Shown here piece by piece: positions 1-9,444 of a stretch of 64,000 nucleotides of DNA; positions within the stretch are counted from its first letter, which is position 1; every line of letters starts with the position of its first letter. The DNA is from Diplonema japonicum. Taxonomy: Eukaryota; Protista; Euglenozoa: Diplonemea. Location: positions 62,001-126,000 of the forward strand of contig OZ025712.1 of the NCBI GenBank assembly GCA_964019335.1. The letters are read 5' to 3'. The notes beneath the pieces are model-generated. The model saw only the letters and a list, made by a program, of their open reading frames with translations. It had not been told where the DNA came from and ran no database searches. Made by a program: the position numbers and the translations under genes.

Positions 1-117
1 CCCCCTGGGTTTGGTTTGCAAATCTCGATAATGGTATTGTAAAAGAAAAAAAAAATAGCACCAACGTGAAAACAAAGGGTTAAACTTAACTTCAAATCAA
101 AAAGGTGTAACAACGTA

Positions 118-1410
118 CTAAAGCCATTCAGGCGGTACCTCGTGGTAGGTGGTAGTCCCTCGGAGGGTGTACTCGTCCTCCACACGCAGCAGACTGTTCC
201 AAAGCATAGTGCGGTCACCAGAGTAGAGACCACCCAGCATGGCCCAGTGACAAGACAGGTGCATAGCGAGCTCTGCAGGCAGTGTGTCTGGTGTTATGTG
301 TGTCTCTGTTCGGAGGATGGTTTTTATGCGTTTGCCGTGTAGCTGTGCTGACTCAGATGCGAGGGCTGTGATGGTGTGGTGGCGCGTGAGGCGCACGGTG
401 CACATGTCCAGTGGAATGTTCGCATTGCCGGAGATGATGTGAGTCCTGTCCACAACCTCGTCTCCGATGAGCAGGAAGTTCAGCAACTTCACGACACCCC
501 ACCCGTCCACCTCCTTTGCGTTGAACGGGTCGACCACAGCGTGCAACAACCCGAGCTTCGCGTTGCGTTTGCACTCGTCGATCACAGCAAACGGAGACCC
601 GACGTCGCGGGAGCCTCGTCCGAAGTGCACCACAACCTTCACACGTTCGTAGTACTCTGTCGACACATCGATCGCCTGCTGCACGTCGGTGAGGACATCT
701 ACAAGTGACGCGTCGGAAGGGAGGACGAACCCGCCCCTCGGCCCGACGGGCGGGTGGGGCGAGGGTTTCAGAAGCTCTGTGATCTTCCGTACCAAAGCCA
801 GCGAGGAGTGCAGCGTGTCGGAGTAAACGATGAGGGCAATCTCTTCGATGGGAACGAGGTTCTTGCTGTCTGCAGTGCTTTCGTAGATGGTGACGACGGG
901 AACGGGAAGGGGTCCTGTGAGGGCCGGGTGCGAGGCGCGCCATGCAGAAGCAGAGAGGCAGAACCACCCCACACTACCAAGGTAGATACCTATGTGCGAG
1001 TCCAACATGATTGACGTAATGACTTCATCGATGCGTCCAACGGCCGCATCGCGGAGACGCTCTTCAATGGGAGGGATCTCCTCTGCTAGTATGCATCGGA
1101 CTTTGTCTCGTTCGCCGCAACCCTCTTCCATACCCCTCAGGCTTTGCATCTCTTCTACCTCGCTGCTTCGTCCCTCCCCTGTGCTGCTCTGCCATGACCC
1201 GTTGCATGTTTCCACTTGGATTTCCATGCACCACTCCCCGTTGCTGTTGATTACCGGTCGTCCTTGTACCGTTTTTATCTTATCCTGAACAAGTTCCAAC
1301 AAATTCTTTTCCATGTACAAAAACGGCTCTACTGGTTTGTCTTTACTCAGTCCCGAGAGCATCACTTCCACTAACTTCGCGACGGTGCTCGCTCGTTCCA
1401 TCTTGCCCAT
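118..1410 (-). CDS. Divergent enolase-fold protein (ENO4-like, probably catalytically inactive)
   Basis: Degenerate enolase motifs in the right order: IKTVQGRPVINSNG (~ARQILDSRG), LPVP, VGPRGGF (~VGDEGGF), VVDPF, IGDEV, DTLPAELA, DRTMLWNSLLRVED. Start placed at MGKME (1410), just after a pyrimidine-rich tract and CAG. Confidence 0.72.
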   Translation of the reverse strand: MGKMERASTVAKLVEVMLSGLSKDKPVEPFLYMEKNLLELVQDKIKTVQGRPVINSNGEWCMEIQVETCNGSWQSSTGEGRSSEVEEMQSLRGMEEGCGERDKVRCILAEEIPPIEERLRDAAVGRIDEVITSIMLDSHIGIYLGSVGWFCLSASAWRASHPALTGPLPVPVVTIYESTADSKNLVPIEEIALIVYSDTLHSSLALVRKITELLKPSPHPPVGPRGGFVLPSDASLVDVLTDVQQAIDVSTEYYERVKVVVHFGRGSRDVGSPFAVIDECKRNAKLGLLHAVVDPFNAKEVDGWGVVKLLNFLLIGDEVVDRTHIISGNANIPLDMCTVRLTRHHTITALASESAQLHGKRIKTILRTETHITPDTLPAELAMHLSCHWAMLGGLYSGDRTMLWNSLLRVEDEYTLRGTTTYHEVPPEWL

Positions 1411-1885
1411 GGCATGCCTGTGGTATAAACTCAAAGACAGAAAAAAAACTTTTGACAGGAAAGGAGGAGAATGTATGGGGAGGTCCATTTGTTTAAGGGT
1501 AAATCCCCTTGGACGAAGAAAAAAAAAATCAGATAGTTAACCGAAACGGTACCACGTAGAAAAAGAAATAAGAAGGAATGAAGGGTATCTCAACAGGTGT
1601 GTTCCAGATACGCCTCTTATTCTCTTTTTAGTTGAATGGGACAATAAAGTCAAATTTGAAAAAAAAAAAAAAAAGAACATCAACCTTAAACATCAACGAT
1701 AGAGTATTCGTTGCATGGTTTCATTAACAAAACGCATACATTCGCGGATGGAAAAAAAGGGGGGGAGGGGGAGACGAGACAAGATATCCTCATCAGCTTA
1801 ACCACAGGCACCACAAGAGAGATCTCCCCATGTCAGCTAGTGATTAAGTGTCCGAGGTGCTCAAGTCGTGCTTTTCATAGTGTGC

Positions 1886-3829
1886 TCAGAGCTTTGCGGA
1901 GCCCTTGAGCTTTCCGATGACTGTCTGGGGGGCGTACTTGTCGATGTAGGACTCGGAGTGCATCATGTTGAACTCCTCTGTTGCGTCCTTGCCGGCGTAG
2001 AGCATGATGGCCTCCTTCCCACCGGGGTGCTCTGCGAGGAAGGCTGTGACGTCCAGGACCCTCCCGTTCACGACGACCCAGCAGTCGGTGTCCTTCGTGT
2101 GTGCCGCCACCTCTTCCAAGGTGTACTCGCCTCCTGTCTTCGAAGAAGAAGACTCCTTCTTGTCGTCGTCTCCTTTCCCATCGAAGTCGTACTGGGTGTC
2201 CCTGGGGATCGCTCCGGTTGCCCCTTCGACAGCGGAGGATGAGGATGATGATGAGGAGGAGGTTGCGGTGCCCTCGCCGAAGTTGATGGTGACGCTCTTC
2301 GTGACGGGGTCCACCGTGAGGTTCACGGCTGAGCCAGCACCTGTACCGCTTCCTCCTCCGTTTTTGGTGAGCTGCGTGGTGAGGTAGGTGGCGGCAGAGG
2401 CCCCGCTGACCCTTCCGTAGACGACGCAGTCGAGGAGGGAGGAACCCCCGAGACGGTTCTTCCCGTGGATCCCGCCCGCCACCTCGCCGCCGGCGAACAC
2501 TCCCGGGAGGATGGAGCCGTCCTCCTTCAGAACCTCCGCCTCCGCGTTCACCTTCAGTCCCCCCAAGGTGTAGTGGATCACGGGGGTCACGATCCCCACG
2601 TAGAAGGTGTCGTCCGTCACGAGCGGGAGGTTCACGAAGAACTTCCTTCCGAACCGGTCGCTCTTCTGCTCCGCCGCCTTGTTGAAGTCGTCGAAGGTCT
2701 CCCTGATCTTCTCCACGGAGACCCCCATGTCCTGAGCGAGGGCCTCTGCCCCGACGTACTTCTTCATCAGCCCCCTCCCCGCGTAGTGGAGGCAGTGCCA
2801 CTCGATGGACTTCGACGAGGCCCCGTTCAAAACGAGCCTGTAGGGTCCCTTGTCGTGCGCCCACATCGCCCCCGTCACGTAGTCCCTCTTCTGCAGCTCG
2901 TCCACGAAGCGGTCCCCGTTCTTGTCGAGGAAGATCCCTCCCGCCCCACGGAGCGCCTCCGCCGCCAGGAACTTCACCTTCGCATCCGGCTCGTTCGGGT
3001 GCACCAGCGCCGTCGGGTGGATCTGCACCATGTCGAGGTCCACGGTCGACCCCCCCACCGCCTGCGCCATCTTGATCCCGTCCCCGGTGCAGTGTACCCC
3101 GTTTGTGGTCGGGAGCTCCATGTACTCCGGGCGCAGCTGCGCCAACAAGCTGTTCGCCGTAAAGTCCGCGCCGAAGCCCCCCGTCGTCAGCACCACGGGA
3201 CCCATCGCCGTCCCCTCCTTCCCCTCCCGCTCGTACCTGCACCCGATCACCTCCCCGGCCCCGTTCTTCAGGAGCTCCGTCGCCCGCGTCTTCGTCAGGA
3301 TCTGCACCCGCTCCGGCGCCGCCGCCATCACCTCCTCCAGCTTCTCCAACAAGGCGTAGGTGATCGTCATCCCAGGGAACTTCTGCTTCCCCCTGTGCGT
3401 GCGCGGAAAGGTGTGGCCCCCGAGCCGCCCCACCAGCGACAAGTCCAGCCCGAACTTCTCAATCAGCCACTCGATCCCCGGAGCAGAGTCGTACACGAGC
3501 CTCTTGTTCGTCTCCAGGTACGGGTTCACCGCAGGGTCCAAGCTGTCCTTCCCCTCCATCTCCGCCTGCTTCTTCGCCGCCTCCGCCGGAGGAGCCCCCT
3601 TGATCGCCGCGTCCGCCGTGTCCTTCAGGAACGCGTCCACAGTGTCTCCGACCCCGAGCCGCTGCTGCGTCCTCGTCAGCGCCCCGTTGATCCCGCTCGT
3701 CGCCTTCGTCGAGTTCCCCCCGCAGAACGACAGCTTCTCCAGCAGCAACACGTTCGCCCCCCTCTCCAGCACCGTGTGGCACGCGCTCAGACCAGCCAGA
3801 CCACCTCCCACGACAATTACCTGCGCCAT
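1886..3829 (-). CDS. Soluble FAD-dependent fumarate reductase (Osm1/flavocytochrome c type) fused to C-terminal cytochrome b5; copy 1
   Basis: GGGLAG FAD motif, GGNSTKATSG, QIHPT, EALRG, HYTLGG and HGKNRLGGSSL. The b5 domain has the HPGG motif. Ends in -AKL. Confidence 0.92.
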   Translation of the reverse strand: MAQVIVVGGGLAGLSACHTVLERGANVLLLEKLSFCGGNSTKATSGINGALTRTQQRLGVGDTVDAFLKDTADAAIKGAPPAEAAKKQAEMEGKDSLDPAVNPYLETNKRLVYDSAPGIEWLIEKFGLDLSLVGRLGGHTFPRTHRGKQKFPGMTITYALLEKLEEVMAAAPERVQILTKTRATELLKNGAGEVIGCRYEREGKEGTAMGPVVLTTGGFGADFTANSLLAQLRPEYMELPTTNGVHCTGDGIKMAQAVGGSTVDLDMVQIHPTALVHPNEPDAKVKFLAAEALRGAGGIFLDKNGDRFVDELQKRDYVTGAMWAHDKGPYRLVLNGASSKSIEWHCLHYAGRGLMKKYVGAEALAQDMGVSVEKIRETFDDFNKAAEQKSDRFGRKFFVNLPLVTDDTFYVGIVTPVIHYTLGGLKVNAEAEVLKEDGSILPGVFAGGEVAGGIHGKNRLGGSSLLDCVVYGRVSGASAATYLTTQLTKNGGGSGTGAGSAVNLTVDPVTKSVTINFGEGTATSSSSSSSSSAVEGATGAIPRDTQYDFDGKGDDDKKESSSSKTGGEYTLEEVAAHTKDTDCWVVVNGRVLDVTAFLAEHPGGKEAIMLYAGKDATEEFNMMHSESYIDKYAPQTVIGKLKGSAKL

Positions 3830-4105
3830 CTTTTTTTTCTTTTTTTAGAAAATAAGATATGTCTGTTTTGTGTGTTAAAGGAGGCAAGAAAATTAATTAA
3901 AAATAAGATGCCTCATGCCTAGACTCACATTTTGGGATAAGGCGATAAAAAATGAATCCAGATCCATCATCAAACACCACCACAAGCATCCTTCCTGAAC
4001 TTTATACTGGGATTCGAGACGGACACCCGCCGCGTCGAAAAGAAGAGTTCGAAAAAAAGAGGAGGGGAGGAAAGAAAGATTTATTTCATAAGTAGAGTTA
4101 GTAAC

Positions 4106-4594
4106 TTACGTGTCGTCTTTCAGGAGAGATGTTTGTCCTAAGAGATGCGGTAGAATGTTGTCAACGGATCGGTGCAAAGGGTGGGTTCTTTCCTGCAAGG
4201 CGAAGTTGATATCTTCGGGGCACACGGTCTTCCGTTCCCCCGTAAGCTCCATGAAAATAGCGGTAGTAGCCAGCAGCTTGCTGAGGAATTTTTGAATGAT
4301 TGTGCGAGACTTGTCATAAGTGCTTGAGGCATTTCTCTTAATCTTAGCCTTTAAACAAAGGCGTTTAATGTCCCCTTTTGTGAGGTGTCGTCTTACAGAA
4401 TAGCCTTTTTCGACGACGGTTTTTACTCTTTGCTCGAGTTCCCTTGACATCTCTTTCAAGTTTAGTAGCTCCGCTACAGGAACACACCGGTAAGCCATGG
4501 TGGCTGTTTCCGTTCCTTTTTGCACATTCCTTGGTTTGTCTTTCCGCTTACCCGACGTTTTCGGTGCTTTTTTAGGTGCTCTCTTCGATTTCAT
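4106..4594 (-). CDS. Highly divergent histone H4-like protein with long N-terminal extension
   Basis: LTKGDIKRLCLKAKIKRNASSTYDKSRTIIQKFLSKLL...RKTVCPEDINFALQ aligns with H4 ITKPAIRRLARRGGVKRIS..IYEETRGVLKVFLENVI...RKTVTAMDVVYALK. First ATG is at 4594. Confidence 0.75.
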   Translation of the reverse strand: MKSKRAPKKAPKTSGKRKDKPRNVQKGTETATMAYRCVPVAELLNLKEMSRELEQRVKTVVEKGYSVRRHLTKGDIKRLCLKAKIKRNASSTYDKSRTIIQKFLSKLLATTAIFMELTGERKTVCPEDINFALQERTHPLHRSVDNILPHLLGQTSLLKDDT

Positions 4595-5082
4595 GTTATG
4601 CAGTGGAAACTGTTTCAAGGAAGGGGCGTGGCTTTTTCTTTTTAAAACCTCTTCAACAAACTGAGTGTTCTTCTTTTGTCACTATTTAGAGGCCGCCATG
4701 GTTCCACGGCATGGCGTCCGGCCAGGTATTTTGGGACGTTATCAGGTGCAAAACAACAATGACCTTCTGGAGCTAAACATAAATTCTTACCCCTTACCCA
4801 TCCGATCACGATGAAATAATACACTAATAACTAGATGGCGAGAGGGAATGGAAGTAATGGGGAAACAAAAAGGGGGAACGGGGGACGATGTGCACCCCAT
4901 TCTTACGGACATCGGACACAGGGAGGGGGCTGGTCCGGAATAGCTTGTTTGTATTTCAGAGGTCAGCTGTATATTGAGGAGATAACACTCCCAGCGGCAC
5001 AGCTGACATGAATGTTCATAGTTGTTTGTTATAAAGAAAGAAGACTGATTGTCCTCTTTCTAGTTGCGATGCCTTGACTTGC

Positions 5083-6003
5083 TCATGGCTTGATGGCAGG
5101 GATGAACCTGTCCTCAGAGGGGTCGTGGGGGCACACACGGCACCTGTCCTGAACAGGCCAGGGACCGTGGGGCTTGTGGGGCTTGGGGCACATGTGCCTC
5201 TGGCACTCCCCGTTCTGCCAAGCACACTCACCAGGGAGAGTGTTCCAGCAAGAGTCCTCGTCGCCGTAAGAGGCGCAGTTCGCAGTGGCGGGTGAGTAGG
5301 CGAAGAAAGTGAACGCCATGAGCTCAGGTGCCTTCACCACATCGGTTGTACCCTCCGCCGCGAGCTTGTGGTAGATAACAAGGTTGTGAAGGTGGCTGTC
5401 CACATTCACGTCCAAGTCCATCACCGTCCCACAGCGGTAGGGGGTGAACCCGTCAGCGAGGAGGATCGCTTCGATGTTCCCACCGTCCTCGTACTGGCAA
5501 GGGGGGCAGCTGTACACCATCACGAAGTGGTCACACATCTTCCCCACACCACCAAACCCGGTCACACAGTCCATGTGCATCTCGTAGTTCTCCTTCGTGC
5601 GAACAGAAGGAACCTGTCCCCACCTCCCGATCATCGTGGGGGGGAAGTTGTAGAACCTCGAGTCGTCCATGTCGATGTAGCCCTTCATCCCGTCAAGGAT
5701 ACGTGTCACCTTGGTCCCGCTGCTGGGGGCACTGGGGTCGGGGTTGATCTGGTGCCCCACTCCAAAACCGGCATTCGGGTTGGACATGATGCAGTCGTCC
5801 GCGCTGCTGACACCACTGCTCCCACCACAGGGGATCCTGCAGCTCTCTCCATCAGCTCGCACACATCGACCGTTCACCCTCTTCGCACCACCAAGACACA
5901 TGTAACTGTCGCACGAGCCTTCTTGAGTCCCGCTCATCCCGTTCCCAGCTGCACTCCCTGCAAAGGCAAGTGCCATCACTGCGAGCATCTTTCCGTGGGT
6001 CAT
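5083..6003 (-). CDS. Secreted Cys-rich protein of unknown function, type A (306 aa), array 1
   Basis: Signal peptide MTHGKMLAVMALAFAGSAAG and 18 Cys. Near-identical to 9 other copies; start set by alignment with the paralogs. Confidence 0.85.
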   Translation of the reverse strand: MTHGKMLAVMALAFAGSAAGNGMSGTQEGSCDSYMCLGGAKRVNGRCVRADGESCRIPCGGSSGVSSADDCIMSNPNAGFGVGHQINPDPSAPSSGTKVTRILDGMKGYIDMDDSRFYNFPPTMIGRWGQVPSVRTKENYEMHMDCVTGFGGVGKMCDHFVMVYSCPPCQYEDGGNIEAILLADGFTPYRCGTVMDLDVNVDSHLHNLVIYHKLAAEGTTDVVKAPELMAFTFFAYSPATANCASYGDEDSCWNTLPGECAWQNGECQRHMCPKPHKPHGPWPVQDRCRVCPHDPSEDRFIPAIKP

Positions 6004-6159
6004 GTTGTTGTTGTGTTGTGTGTGAAAACTGTTGGTTGTTCTATGTTGCATTGACCGATCTTTCATTGGGATTAATATAATATTTGTATATATAAAAGAG
6101 TAACTTCGAATATCGAGAAACAGAGAGGAATAATCAAAAGGGGAAACAAATAGAGAAGT

Positions 6160-6210
6160 GGGGGACGAGTGCACCCCAACGGACTGCGGGCAGGGAGAGG
6201 GCCTGCCCGA
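6160..6210 (-). promoter_or_regulatory. Conserved 3'-flank RNA double hairpin, element B (also ~4880-4938, 6277-6320, 9045-9096, 9152-9198, 10516-10567, 10624-10668, 12926-12979, 35803-35860, and duplicated copies in 32789-34412)
   Basis: A variable but always paired hairpin, a UCCGU linker, then GGGGUG-CANN-CGUCCCC with tandem G-U pairs. Confidence 0.68.
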
Positions 6211-6368
6211 GACACTGATTTTTTTTTTTTTTTTTTTAGTTTAGAAAACCGATATTGTTCATAACAAAAGAGAAAAGGGGGACGAATGCACCCCTACGGA
6301 TTGTGGGCAAATTGTGCCCGAGAACCTTTTTTTGAATATTAAATTGTCACTGATCTTCAATCTGTTGA

Positions 6369-6417
6369 GTCATGCTGAACGGAGGGAGCTCACTCCAGCT
6401 TCCGTAACACAGCTGAC
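6369..6417 (-). promoter_or_regulatory. Conserved 3'-flank RNA stem-loop, element A (also 4962-5007, 9241-9289, 10718-10766, 13009-13058, 32985-33033, 34462-34510, 35932-35979)
   Basis: GUCAGCU/AGC(A)UGAC basal stem, a covarying middle stem and a GGAG-loop-CUCC apex. Confidence 0.7.
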
Positions 6418-6565
6418 CTAAGATGTACGTAGTCATAGAAAAGAGAGGGAAAATAGGAAAGAGGTTTTGAAAAGTGGATTCAGAGGAATGATGAAATGAA
6501 TGAGGTTGTCTTCCAATGCAATGAATCTTGACCCTGCTCATGCGTTGGCCTTGATACCACCCAGC

Positions 6566-7486
6566 TTACGGCTTGATGGCAGGGATGAACCTGTTCTCAG
6601 AGGGGTCGTGGGGGCACACACGGCACCTGTTCTGAACAGGCCAGGGACCGTGGGGCTTGTGGGGCTTGGGGCACATGTGCCTCTGGCACTCCCCGTTCTG
6701 CCAAGCACACTCACCAGGGAGAGTGTTCCAGCAAGAGTCCTCGTCGCCGTAAGAGGCGCAGTTCGCGGTGGCGGGTGAGTAGGCGAAGAAAGTGAACGCC
6801 ATGAGCTCAGGTGCCTTCACCACATCGGTTGTACCCTCCGCCGCGAGCTTGTGGTAGATAACAAGGTTGTGAAGGTGGCTGTCCACATTCACGTCCAAGT
6901 CCATCACCGTCCCACAGCGGTAGGGGGTGAACCCGTCAGCGAGGAGGATCGCTTCGATGTTCCCACCGTCCTCGTACTGGCAAGGGGGGCAGCTGTACAC
7001 CATCACGAAGTGGTCACACATCTTCCCCACACCACCAAACCCGGTCACACAGTCCATGTGCATCTCGTAGTTCTCCTTCGTGCGAACAGAAGGAACCTGT
7101 CCCCACCTCCCGATCATCGTGGGGGGGAAGTTGTAGAACCTCGAGTCGTCCATGTCGATGAAGCCCTTCATCCCGTCAAGGATACGTGTCACCTTGGTCC
7201 CGCTGCTGGGGGCACTGGGGTCGGGGTTGATCTGGTGCCCCACTCCGAAACCTGCATTCGGGTTGGACATGATGCAGTCGTCCGCGCTGCTGACACCACT
7301 GCTCCCACCACAGGGGATCCTGCAGCTCTCTCCATCAGCTCGCACACATCGACCGTTCACCCTCTTCGCACCACCAAGACACATGTAACTGTCGCACGAG
7401 CCTTCTTGAGTCCCGCTCATCCCGTTCCCAGCTGCACTCCCTGCAAAGGCAAGTGCCATCACTGCGAGCATCTTTCCGTGGGTCAT
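6566..7486 (-). CDS. Secreted Cys-rich protein, type A (306 aa), array 1
   Basis: Intact paralog of the tandem family. Confidence 0.85.
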   Translation of the reverse strand: MTHGKMLAVMALAFAGSAAGNGMSGTQEGSCDSYMCLGGAKRVNGRCVRADGESCRIPCGGSSGVSSADDCIMSNPNAGFGVGHQINPDPSAPSSGTKVTRILDGMKGFIDMDDSRFYNFPPTMIGRWGQVPSVRTKENYEMHMDCVTGFGGVGKMCDHFVMVYSCPPCQYEDGGNIEAILLADGFTPYRCGTVMDLDVNVDSHLHNLVIYHKLAAEGTTDVVKAPELMAFTFFAYSPATANCASYGDEDSCWNTLPGECAWQNGECQRHMCPKPHKPHGPWPVQNRCRVCPHDPSENRFIPAIKP

Positions 7487-7980
7487 GTTGTTGTTGTGTG
7501 TAGTTGTTGTGTGTGAAAACTGTTGGTTGTTCTATTGACCGATCTTTCGTTGGGACTAATATAATATAAAGAGTAGCTTCGAATATCGAGAAACAGAGAG
7601 GAATAAATAATATATGAGTTAAAGGAGGCCGGTACTGGCGGCGCCCTGTTGTTTAAATAAATAAAAAAGTCGGGGAATACATTTCCCACTTTGGATAGTG
7701 AATCCGCCGTGTTGTAGGATGTCACAGGAGTAGCTCTCCCATGGCCTCCTACTTCACGGAAAATACTTTAATGTTTGTATGGTCTTTTTTTTTTTTTTTT
7801 TTTTCTTTTTTTTTTTCTCTTTGGAATCAAGGTACATTTCACGAAAACACTTTCTCGCGATATCACCCCTCGAATGATAGAAGCTTCCCTTGAACGTAGC
7901 TGTCATGCTTACAATGAAGTACTGACTATGTACTGCTTCGAACAAGAGGAACCTTCTAGTTTACTAAAAACAAACCCAGC

Positions 7981-8901
7981 TTACGGCTTGATGGCAGGGA
8001 TGAACCTGTTCTCAGAGGGGTCGTGGGGGCACACACGGCACCTGTTCTGAACAGGCCAGGGACCGTGGGGCTTGTGGGGCTTGGGGCACATGTGCCTCTG
8101 GCACTCCCCGTTCTGCCAAGCACACTCACCAGGGAGAGTGTTCCAGCAAGAGTCCTCGTCGCCGTAAGAGGCGCAGTTCGCAGTGGCGGGTGAGTAGGCG
8201 AAGAAAGTGAACGCCATGAGCTCAGGTGCCTTCACCACATCGGTTGTACCCTCCGCCGCGAGCTTGTGGTAGATAACAAGGTTGTGAAGGTGGCTGTCCA
8301 CATTCACGTCCAAGTCCATCACCGTCCCACAGCGGTAGGGGGTGAACCCGTCAGCGAGGAGGATCGCTTCGATGTTCCCACCGTCCTCGTACTGGCAAGG
8401 GGGGCAGCTGTACACCATCACGAAGTGGTCACACATCTTCCCCACACCACCAAACCCGGTCACACAGTCCATGTGCATCTCGTAGTTCTCCTTCGTGCGA
8501 ACAGAAGGAACCTGTCCCCACCTCCCGATCATCGTGGGGGGGAAGTTGTAGAACCTCGAGTCGTCCATGTCGATGTAGCCCTTCATCCCGTCAAGGATAC
8601 GTGTCACCTTGGTCCCGCTGCTGGGGGCACTGGGGTCGGGGTTGATCTGGTGCCCCACTCCAAAACCGGCATTCGGGTTGGACATGATGCAGTCGTCCGC
8701 GCTGCTGACACCACTGCTCCCACCACAGGGGATCCTGCAGCTCTCCCCATCAGCTCGCACACATCGACCGTTCACCCTCTTCGCACCACCAAGACACATG
8801 TAACTGTCGCACGAGCCTTCTTGAGTCCCGCTCATCCCGTTCCCAGCTGCACTCCCTGCAAAGGCAAGTGCCATCACTGCGAGCATCTTTCCGTGGGTCA
8901 T
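7981..8901 (-). CDS. Secreted Cys-rich protein, type A (306 aa), array 1, with class-2 3' flank
   Basis: Intact paralog; protein identical to 31725-32645. Confidence 0.85.
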   Translation of the reverse strand: MTHGKMLAVMALAFAGSAAGNGMSGTQEGSCDSYMCLGGAKRVNGRCVRADGESCRIPCGGSSGVSSADDCIMSNPNAGFGVGHQINPDPSAPSSGTKVTRILDGMKGYIDMDDSRFYNFPPTMIGRWGQVPSVRTKENYEMHMDCVTGFGGVGKMCDHFVMVYSCPPCQYEDGGNIEAILLADGFTPYRCGTVMDLDVNVDSHLHNLVIYHKLAAEGTTDVVKAPELMAFTFFAYSPATANCASYGDEDSCWNTLPGECAWQNGECQRHMCPKPHKPHGPWPVQNRCRVCPHDPSENRFIPAIKP

Positions 8902-9444
8902 GTTGTTGTTGTGTTGTTGTTGTGTGTGAAAACTGTTGGTTGTTCTATTGACCGATCTTTCGTTGGGACTAGTATACTATAAAGAGTAGCTTCGAATATC
9001 GAGAAACAGAGAGGAATAATCAAAAGGGGAAACAAATAGAGAAGTGGGGGACGAGTGCACCCCAACGGACTGCGGGCAGGGAGAGGGCCTGCCCGAGATA
9101 TTGATTTTTTTTTTTAAAGTAATATTGCTCTTAATAACAGAAATAAGAAAAGGGGGACGAATGCACCCCAACGGACTACGGGCAGAGGACCTGCCCGATG
9201 AGCTAATTTTTTTTAGAAAGTGTGTCCTTCAATCTGTTGAGTCATGCTGAACGGAGGGAGCTCACTCCAGCTTCCGTAACACAGCTGACCTAAGATGTAT
9301 GTGGTTATAGAAAAGAGAGGAAAGATAGGAAAGAAAGTGAATTCAGAAGAATGATGAAATGAATGAGGTTCGTTGTGGACTACGATGTCTCCAAGATGGC
9401 AAGGACGCCGCCTTGACCCTGCGTTGGTCCTGATACCACCCAGC

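Noticed and set aside
2465-3922. Long + strand ORFs (also 16911-18377, 19446-20882, 26037-27428 and those opposite the Cys-rich genes) and the alternate-frame 455-aa ORFs
   Set aside because: Shadows of strongly GC3-biased real genes; no recognisable motifs.
3890-4860. Search for a histone H3 gene or remnant to complete the histone set
   Set aside because: No H3-like motif found by eye near the H4-like or H2A/H2B-like loci.
6160-6320. Element B repeats as a CRISPR array, or a hammerhead/HDV ribozyme
   Set aside because: Eukaryotic context with no repeat-unique-spacer periodicity and no cas genes. I could not build a conserved CUGANGA/GAAA core or an HDV double pseudoknot.
6369-6417. Element A as a SECIS, IRE or H/ACA snoRNA
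   Set aside because: There is no 5' AUGA/GA quartet with an apical AA, and no in-frame UGA in the genes. There is no CAGUGN loop, and an AGA/ACA box is not at a consistent position across copies.
7746-7764. 14-nt match (TACTTCACGGAAAA) to the TIR-element subterminal motif at 60989-61002
   Set aside because: Short and isolated, and it lies in a hairpin arm of the class-2 flank; insufficient evidence of homology.
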